IMG/VR virus record: IMGVR_UViG_2671180674_000006
Location: 1-4,282 of that record
Source: a virus
Taxonomy: Duplodnaviria > Heunggongvirae > Uroviricota > Caudoviricetes
DNA: 4,282 nt
Direction: 5' to 3' (one strand)
Below are positions 1 through 4,282 of the stretch, in pieces; position 1 is the first letter of the stretch; each line of letters starts with the position of its first letter. The notes under the pieces were generated by a model. It was not told the DNA's origin, ran no database searches, and saw only the letters and a program-made list of their open reading frames with translations. Made by a program: the position numbers and the translations under genes.

Positions 1-149
1 GAACGGCGGTGAAATGGGCACTGGTAGCGATACTGGTGCCTTTTTTCCTGGTGGGATGCGTCAGCCTGGATAAGGCGCGCCAGCTTTTCGATACAGCTTC
101 TCAGGTCTGTGAAATTGTCGACGGTGTTCGGCAGTGTATGCAGAACTGA
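1..149 (+). CDS. Partial ORF (frame 3), putative small lipoprotein; may begin upstream of the window or at GTG 9-11
   Basis: Frame 3 reads TAVKWALVAILVPFFLVGCVSLDKARQLFDTASQVCEIVDGVRQCMQN with stop TGA at 147-149. From GTG 9 it would be MKWALVAILVPFFLVGC...: a basic residue, a hydrophobic stretch and an LVGC lipobox-like motif. A second frame (frame 2) is also open from the window edge and ends at TAA 71-73, so two overlapping reading frames enter the window. No homolog recognised. Confidence 0.35.
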   Translation, partial: TAVKWALVAILVPFFLVGCVSLDKARQLFDTASQVCEIVDGVRQCMQN

Positions 150-320
150 TCGCCTGTAAGAGCAGAATATTTTGCTGAAAAATGAAGGATGCGCTGGCGT
201 CTGGAAAGCATGAAATTCTGTGTTTGTGGCTACTCAATAAAATAAATTCTTTCTGTCGCCGCGAATACTCAAATGTTGATCAGCGCCCGGTGCGGCGACG
301 GGCTTCGATATCAGGAGACG

Positions 321-620
321 ATGATGGAAAAAACAGAAAACAAACCGATTGTAATTGGTGCTGATGCTGCTCCGTTTAAGTTTGAGTTGTCTCAACTGGT
401 GGAGATGCGCATCAGTGATGAATGGGGGGAGGTTAAAGCCCGCGCGCAGTATGCGGATGGCGAAAACCAGTACTTGATCCACTACAAAGCAGCTGATGGT
501 CGCGCCACGATGGAGTGGTTTGGTGAGTCAATGCTGGAAGCAACGGAAGATGATCGCCATCCTGGCTGTCCGGTATTTGCTGGTATGAAATTGCCGGAAG
601 GTGCGGTTGTTACAGAGTAA
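321..620 (+). CDS. Hypothetical small acidic protein (about 98-99 aa) in the moron position between lysis region and cos
   Basis: ORF with GGAG at 314-317 followed by tandem ATGs at 321 and 324 (324 gives the better spacing), stop TAA 618-620. Product MMEKTENKPIVIGADAAPFKFELSQLVEMRISDEWGEVKARAQYADGENQYLIHYKAADGRATMEWFGESMLEATEDDRHPGCPVFAGMKLPEGAVVTE has no signal peptide or TM segment. The listed ORF start at 273 lacks an RBS. I do not recognise the family. Confidence 0.6.
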   Translation: MMEKTENKPIVIGADAAPFKFELSQLVEMRISDEWGEVKARAQYADGENQYLIHYKAADGRATMEWFGESMLEATEDDRHPGCPVFAGMKLPEGAVVTE

Positions 621-631
621 CAGACATTACA

Positions 632-654
632 GCAGCCCTTCAGCGAGGGGCTGC
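632..654. other. GC-rich hairpin 12 nt after the stop of the 321-620 ORF
   Basis: GCAGCCC (632-638) pairs with GGGCTGC (648-654) around a 9-nt loop. On the + strand it is followed by an A-rich run, not a U-run, so it is not a canonical intrinsic terminator for the upstream gene. Confidence 0.3.
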
Positions 655-662
655 GATAATGT

Positions 663-705
663 GAGAAATAAAAAACCGGTCACAGGGAACAGCTACACAG
701 AACCG
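663..705 (-). terminator. Possible minus-strand terminator-like element (copy A of a duplicated motif)
   Basis: AAATAAAAAACCGG at 666-679; read on the minus strand this is a short CCGG-containing stem followed by TTTTTTATTT. The stem is weak with a large loop. Confidence 0.2.
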
Positions 706-796
706 GCCGGCGAAGACCGCCAATACCACCCATGCATTGATGCAACATACTAATGACAATAGCTGCTCTTGATGTAAATGCAATGTTATGTATCGA

Positions 797-841
797 CGAA
801 AATAAAAAACCGGCAGGGGAAATCCATTGAAGATTTGCCGG
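797..841 (-). terminator. Possible minus-strand terminator-like element (copy B of a duplicated motif)
   Basis: AAATAAAAAACCGG at 800-813. CCGGC (810-814) pairs with GCCGG (837-841) and AAATC (820-824) with GATTT (832-836); on the minus strand the stem is followed directly by TTTTTTATTTT. Imperfect stem, so low confidence. Confidence 0.3.
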
Positions 842-985
842 TGGCAAAAGATGGCCATGCTTTCAACTTTAGTCGCAGGGTTACGGAGTGCAACTACGAA
901 TGCTGCCGGTATATGGCTGAATGGCGTTTCAATGATGTACGTCATCTTATCTGTAAATGTTAATGATAAATGCTCTCATTTGCGC

Positions 986-998
986 GGGTCCTTTCCGG
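986..998 (+). promoter_or_regulatory. cosQ-like / terminase large-subunit-side cos flank
   Basis: GGGTCCTTTCCGG matches, as I recall it, the segment of the lambda right end (…ACGGGTCCTTTCCGGTGATCCGACAGGTTACG) that precedes cosN and contains cosQ. It sits about 14-27 bp upstream of the proposed cosN core. Confidence 0.5.
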
Positions 999-1004
999 AA
1001 TCTG

Positions 1005-1034
1005 AAACACCGGGGGTCGTAGGACGCGCAAAAA
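1005..1034 (+). other. cosN region (terminase nicking site, cohesive-end core); exact nick positions not determinable from sequence
   Basis: The core GGGGGTCGTAGGA (1012-1024) is flanked by conserved lambda-like sequence: GGGTCCTTTCCGG upstream and CGCG…CGCTATTTACGAAAATTTTCAGG (1025-1059) downstream, which closely matches the lambda left-end CGCGGGTTTTCGCTATTTATGAAAATTTTCCGG. The core itself differs from lambda GGGCGGCGACCT and has partial dyad symmetry (GTCGTAGGAC). Confidence 0.55.
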
Positions 1035-1058
1035 CGCGCTATTTACGAAAATTTTCAG

Positions 1059-1078
1059 GGAACCATGTCCGGTTTCAC
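1059..1078 (-). repeat. cosB R-site candidate (R3-like), inverted orientation
   Basis: + strand GGAACCATGTCCGGTTTCAC; its reverse complement GTGAAACCGGACATGGTTCC carries the AACCGGACATG core shared with the two downstream copies. Confidence 0.55.
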
Positions 1079-1084
1079 TACTGG

Positions 1085-1118
1085 TTAACTATATGAAAAA
1101 TATAAAAACAAGCTTTTT
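1085..1118. promoter_or_regulatory. A-tract bend / IHF-like site between R-site candidates (I1-equivalent)
   Basis: Phased A5 (1096-1100), A5 (1104-1108) and T5 (1114-1118) tracts spaced 8-10 bp, positioned between the first and second R-site candidates as the IHF site I1 is in lambda cosB. Only a partial match to the IHF consensus WATCAANNNNTTR. Confidence 0.3.
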
Positions 1119-1135
1119 GTGAACCGGACATGTAC
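1119..1135 (+). repeat. cosB R-site candidate (R2-like), direct orientation
   Basis: GTGAACCGGACATGTAC; core AACCGGACATG at 1122-1132. Confidence 0.55.
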
Positions 1136-1149
1136 AAAAAACGAACATG

Positions 1150-1165
1150 CAAACCGGACATGAGC
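1150..1165 (+). repeat. cosB R-site candidate (R1-like), direct orientation
   Basis: CAAACCGGACATGAGC; core AACCGGACATG at 1152-1162. A degenerate partial copy GAACATG lies at 1143-1149. Confidence 0.55.
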
Positions 1166-1206
1166 GGTTTTCTGATTGTGAGGTGAGAGTTTTTGCGAGG
1201 TGAGTC

Positions 1207-1716
1207 GTGGCTACGCAGACTGAAGTTGCCAGGCATTTGAGTCTGACCGATCGCCAGCTTCGCAGATTGCAGAAATTGCCGGGTGCCCCGGTCTCGAATA
1301 AACGGGGGCATCATGACTTGGATGCCTGGCGTGATTTTTACATATCGTATCTGAGGAGAAGTAAAAATGATGTGTCTGATGGTGATAGCGAAGAAGACTA
1401 TGAAGAAAAATTACTTATCGCCAGATGGAAATTGACTGAAGAACAGGCAATAGCACAGCAATTAAAAAATCAGGTAACTGAAGGCAGACTTATTGATTCA
1501 GGGTTCTGCGTTTTCGCCCTCAGCAAACTGGCGATGGCATTGTCCAGTACGCTTGATTCCATTCCTTTATCCATGCAGCGACAGTTCCCGGATTTAACCC
1601 CGCGTCATATTGATTATCTGAAAACCCTTATCGCAAAGGGAGCGAATCAGTGTGCGCGGGCAGGGGATAAATTGCCGGAGTTACTCGATGAATATATCCG
1701 AACAACAGTTGAATAA
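1207..1716 (+). CDS. nu1: Terminase small subunit (lambda Nu1-like), GTG start
   Basis: GTG start at 1207 preceded by GAGGTGAG (1198-1205), stop TAA 1714-1716. The C-terminal half (…GFCVFALSKLAMALSSTLDSIPLSMQRQFPDLTPRHIDYLK…LPELLDEYI…) matches my recollection of lambda Nu1 (…AFCTFVLSRIAGEIASILDGLPLSVQRRFPELENRHVDFLK…IPGLLSEYIEQSG); the N-terminal third is divergent. Lies immediately downstream of cos and overlaps the start of the large subunit, as in lambda. Confidence 0.85.
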   Translation: MATQTEVARHLSLTDRQLRRLQKLPGAPVSNKRGHHDLDAWRDFYISYLRRSKNDVSDGDSEEDYEEKLLIARWKLTEEQAIAQQLKNQVTEGRLIDSGFCVFALSKLAMALSSTLDSIPLSMQRQFPDLTPRHIDYLKTLIAKGANQCARAGDKLPELLDEYIRTTVE

Positions 1717-3604
1717 TATGATGATCGCCGTCACAACCGCATTACAGCCACTAATAAGGGCATTGCCGGTCACGCCGGTTGAATGGGCTGATCAAAATTA
1801 TTATCTGCCTAAAGAATCGTCATACGGTGAAGGAGAGTGGAAAACCCTGCCGTTTCAGGTCGCCATTATGAACAGCATGGGGCACGACAGGATCCGCACT
1901 GTTAATCTGATTAAATCGGCGCGTGTGGGTTACACCAAAATGCTGCTGGGCGTGGTCGGGTATTTTATTGAGCATAAATCCCGTAACAGCCTGCTCTTCC
2001 AGCCGACAGATTCCGCAGCTGAAGATTTTATGAAAGCGCATGTGGAAGCAACGCTCCGGGATGTCCCCAGCCTTAAAGCGTTATCGCCATGGCTGGGCAG
2101 AAAACATCGGGACAACACACTCACCCTGAAGCGTTTTTCCTCCGGCGTGGGGTTCTGGTGCCTGGGGGGGGCCGCTGCTAAAAACTACCGTGAAAAATCT
2201 GTGGATGTGGTCTGCTATGACGAACTCTCCTCGTTTGAACCGGATGTGGAAAAAGAAGGCTCGCCGACGCTGCTTGGCGATAAACGTATCGAAGGCTCGG
2301 TATGGCCTAAATCCATACGCGGCTCAACGCCAAAAATTAAAGGCTCCTGCCAGATTGAGAAAGCGGCGAATGAATCTGCGCATTTCATGCGGTTTTATGT
2401 CCCTTGCCCTCATTGCGGGGAGGCCCAGTATCTGAAGTTTGGCGATGATGCGACGCCGTTTGGCCTGAAATGGGAGAAGGGTAAACCCGAAACGGTGTAT
2501 TACCTGTGTGAACATAATGGCTGTGTGATCCGCCAGTCGGAACTTGACCAGACCGACGGATGCTGGATTTGTGACAATACCGGGATGTGGACGCGTGACG
2601 GCCTGACATTTTACAGTGCCGGTGATGAGGAAATCCCGCCACCGCGCTCAATTTCGTACCACATCTGGACGGCATACAGCCCGTTCACCACCTGGGTACA
2701 GATTGTTTATGACTGGCTCGATGCACTGAAGGATCCGAATGGCGTCAAGACGTTCATTAACACCACGCTCGGGGAGCCCTATGAAGAGGCCGTGGCAGAA
2801 AAACTGAGCTTTGAGTTGTTGCTGGAAAAAGTCTGCCACTATGGCGCGCAGGTTCCCCTGCGGGTGGTTTACCTGACCGCAGGGATAGACTCCCAGAAAG
2901 ATCGCTATGAAATTTATGTTTGGGGCTGGGCTCCCGGCGAAGAAGCCTTTCTGATTGACAAGCAAATTATCATGGGGCGACCGGAGGACGAGGACACCCT
3001 TAAACGTGTTGATGCGGTGATCCGGAAAAAATACCGCCATGCTGACGGTACTGAAATTTCCATTTCCCGCGTCTGCTGGGATACCGGTGGTATCGACCAG
3101 GACATTGTGTATCAACGTTCCAGGAAACACGGCACTTTTTTTGTGCTTCCCATAAAAGGGGCATCGGTGTATGGCAAGCCGGTGATCACCATGCCCAAAA
3201 AGCGCAACCAGCGTGGTGTGTTTTTGTGTGAGGTGGGCTCCGATACCGTCAAGGAAATGCTGTACGCCCGTTTTGCCCTGCCGGTGGTTTCTGCCAGTGA
3301 AGCAGCCCCGTATATCTTCCGTTTTCCGGATAACCCGGACATTTTTTCGGAAGAAGAGGCGCGTCAAATCGTAGCGGAAGAACTGGTGGAAAAGGTGGTT
3401 AACGGCAGGGTGAAACTGCTGTGGGATAAAAAAGGGCGACGCAACGAAGCCCTCGACTGCCTGGTATATGCTTATGCCGCCCTGCGCGTTTCGGTACAGC
3501 GGTGGCAACTGGACCTTGAAGCGCTGGCGAGGGCACGAAGAGATGAGCAGGATGAGGATGATATGAGCATGGAAGAGATCGCGGCTGCACTGAGTGGAGG
3601 ATAA
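1688..3604 (+). CDS. A: Terminase large subunit (lambda gpA-like), ATPase/endonuclease
   Basis: Start chosen at ATG 1688 (MNISEQQL…, GGAG at 1677-1680) rather than the listed GTG 1652, because lambda gpA begins MNIS…. Long collinear similarity to lambda gpA as I recall it: VEWAD-NYYLPKES, KSARVGY-KMLLGV, FWCLGG-AAKNYREKSVDV, GSPT-LGDKRIEGSVWPKSIRGSTPK, HFMRF-V-CPHCGE-QYLKFGD, IWTAYSPFTTWVQIV, YLTAGIDSQ-DRYE--VWGW-PGEE, IPIKGASVYGKPV, WDKKGRRNEALDC. Stop TAA 3602-3604. Confidence 0.95.
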   Translation: MNISEQQLNNMMIAVTTALQPLIRALPVTPVEWADQNYYLPKESSYGEGEWKTLPFQVAIMNSMGHDRIRTVNLIKSARVGYTKMLLGVVGYFIEHKSRNSLLFQPTDSAAEDFMKAHVEATLRDVPSLKALSPWLGRKHRDNTLTLKRFSSGVGFWCLGGAAAKNYREKSVDVVCYDELSSFEPDVEKEGSPTLLGDKRIEGSVWPKSIRGSTPKIKGSCQIEKAANESAHFMRFYVPCPHCGEAQYLKFGDDATPFGLKWEKGKPETVYYLCEHNGCVIRQSELDQTDGCWICDNTGMWTRDGLTFYSAGDEEIPPPRSISYHIWTAYSPFTTWVQIVYDWLDALKDPNGVKTFINTTLGEPYEEAVAEKLSFELLLEKVCHYGAQVPLRVVYLTAGIDSQKDRYEIYVWGWAPGEEAFLIDKQIIMGRPEDEDTLKRVDAVIRKKYRHADGTEISISRVCWDTGGIDQDIVYQRSRKHGTFFVLPIKGASVYGKPVITMPKKRNQRGVFLCEVGSDTVKEMLYARFALPVVSASEAAPYIFRFPDNPDIFSEEEARQIVAEELVEKVVNGRVKLLWDKKGRRNEALDCLVYAYAALRVSVQRWQLDLEALARARRDEQDEDDMSMEEIAAALSGG

Positions 3605-3607
3605 AGG

Positions 3608-3817
3608 ATGGTTTATACGCATGAAATGCTTTGCGAGGCGCGTCGGGCATTACATGAACTGATGATCGGGCGTGCTGTGGTTTCTGTCGGCAGGAACGGA
3701 CGGCAGGTTCAGTATTCGCGTGCGACGATTGGTGAACTGCGGCAATACATTGAAGAGCTGGAGAGTGCGCTGGGCGTGTCCGGACGGCGTCGCGGTCCGG
3801 TGGGAGTGAGACTGTGA
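3608..3817 (+). CDS. W: Head-tail joining / head completion protein (lambda gpW-like)
   Basis: ATG 3608 with GGAGG at 3595-3599, 3 nt after the large-subunit stop; stop TGA 3815-3817. The 69-aa product MVYTHEMLCEARRALHELMIGRAVVSVGRNGRQVQYSRATIGELRQYIEELESALGVSGRRRGPVGVRL resembles lambda gpW as I recall it (…[27 protein letters not shown]…YIAELE…RRRGPAGFYV) and is in the expected position. Confidence 0.9.
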   Translation: MVYTHEMLCEARRALHELMIGRAVVSVGRNGRQVQYSRATIGELRQYIEELESALGVSGRRRGPVGVRL

Positions 3818-4282
3818 ATGTGGAGTTGATAGATGTTCACGGACAGCCCCTGCGACAGAGTATGGGATATTCCGGTGGCGGCTCCGGATTTGGTGGGCAG
3901 CTTGCGGAATGGTTACCTGCGCCGGAAAGTGCCGATGTGGCGCTGCTGCCTTCCATTCAGTTGGGTAATGCCCGTGCGGATGATCTGGTCCGTAATAATG
4001 GCATTGCCGCGAATGCTGTGGAAATTCATAAAGACCATATCGTCGGGCATATGTTTCGTCTGAGTTATCGCCCCAACTGGCGCTGGCTGGGGATGTCGGA
4101 AGCAGATTCACATGCTTTTATTGAAGATGTTGAGGCGGCGTGGATGGAATACTGCGATCCGGTGTTTGGTACGATGGATGTGGAAGGGCGTCGTTCGTTT
4201 ACCGAATTCATTCGTGAAGGGGTGGGTGTCCATACTTTTAATGGAGAAATATTTGTCCAGCCTGTATGGGATGCGGAATCCA
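3814..4282 (+). CDS. B: Portal protein (lambda gpB-like), 5' partial, continues past window end
   Basis: The frame opens after an in-frame TGA at 3733-3735 and the first start codon is GTG 3814 (GGGAG at 3802-3806), overlapping the W stop as GTGA; GTG 3820 and TTG 3826 are alternatives. Translation …GYSGGGSGFGGQLAEWLPAPESADVALLPSIQLGNARADDLVRNNGIAANAVEIHKDHIVGHMFRLSYRPNWRWLG…FNGEIFVQPVWD… matches my recollection of the lambda gpB N-terminus (GYHGGGSGFGGQLRSWNPPSESVDAALLP…GNARADDLVRNNGYAANAIQLHQDHIVG…). Confidence 0.9.
   Translation, partial: MNVELIDVHGQPLRQSMGYSGGGSGFGGQLAEWLPAPESADVALLPSIQLGNARADDLVRNNGIAANAVEIHKDHIVGHMFRLSYRPNWRWLGMSEADSHAFIEDVEAAWMEYCDPVFGTMDVEGRRSFTEFIREGVGVHTFNGEIFVQPVWDAES

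Noticed and set aside
182-364. 60-aa + strand ORF, plus the minus-strand ORF at 234-482
   Set aside because: Both overlap the better-supported 321-620 ORF; the first has no RBS and a Cys/Arg-rich translation, the second is antisense.
640-945. 101-aa minus-strand ORF; also considered as a bor-like gene
   Set aside because: The translation does not resemble Bor (no MKK… lipoprotein signal), and the ORF reads through both T-tract and stem elements that look like terminators in the same orientation; it is more likely non-coding. A short leftward RNA remains possible and is listed as a finding.
660-1000. Searched for a tRNA, a CRISPR array or an IS element in the non-coding spacer
   Set aside because: No tRNA-like T-arm (GTTCGA-type) or acceptor pairing seen by eye, no regularly spaced direct repeats with spacers, and no terminal inverted repeats or transposase ORF. 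Only the two-copy 14-nt motif was found, reported separately.
827-1096. 89-aa + strand ORF (and the overlapping 61-aa ORF at 778-963)
   Set aside because: It runs straight through the cosQ/cosN/cosB elements (986-1078), has no convincing RBS, and its translation has no recognisable features; a gene spanning the cos cleavage site is implausible.
1652-1687. Upstream GTG start at 1652 for the terminase large subunit
   Set aside because: The N-terminus from ATG 1688 (MNISEQQL…) corresponds to the lambda gpA N-terminus (MNIS…) and has a GGAG at appropriate spacing; the extra 12 residues from 1652 have no counterpart.
1820-2675. Several 60-96 aa ORFs on both strands inside the terminase gene (1820-2041, 1930-2124, 2190-2435, 2324-2515, 2385-2675)
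   Set aside because: All are nested within or antisense to the well-supported large-subunit frame and show no independent signals.
2648-3622. 324-aa ORF on the minus strand
   Set aside because: Entirely antisense to the terminase large subunit gene, whose + frame has strong collinear similarity to lambda gpA; no RBS context and a composition typical of a shadow ORF.
3650-4111. 153-aa ORF on the minus strand
   Set aside because: Antisense to the gpW-like and portal genes, which have clear homology in the + frames; His/Pro/Arg-rich low-complexity translation typical of a spurious frame.
1-4282. Chi sites (GCTGGTGG or its complement)
   Set aside because: Only near-misses such as ACTGGTGG (about 393-400 and about 3376-3383) were seen by eye; no exact octamer found, though a computational scan would be needed to be certain.

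Overview
This window is the late-region junction of a lambda-like (lambdoid) siphophage or prophage: the tail end of the lysis/accessory region, a complete cohesive-end site (cosQ-cosN-cosB), then the DNA-packaging and head-assembly genes in lambda order on the + strand: terminase small subunit (Nu1-like), terminase large subunit (gpA-like), gpW-like head-tail joining protein and the start of the portal protein (gpB-like). Homology calls rest on my recollection of the lambda proteins and cos sequence, not on a database search. The packaging genes are conventional. The parts worth a second look are in the first ~1.2 kb: a truncated ORF with a lipoprotein-type signal, a small acidic protein of unknown function in the classic moron position between lysis genes and cos, a ~390 bp apparently non-coding stretch with a duplicated A-rich/CCGG motif, and a cos site whose cohesive-end core and terminase-binding repeats differ from lambda while its flanks are conserved. 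I could not identify a clearly novel multi-gene system here; the candidates below are hypotheses ranked accordingly.
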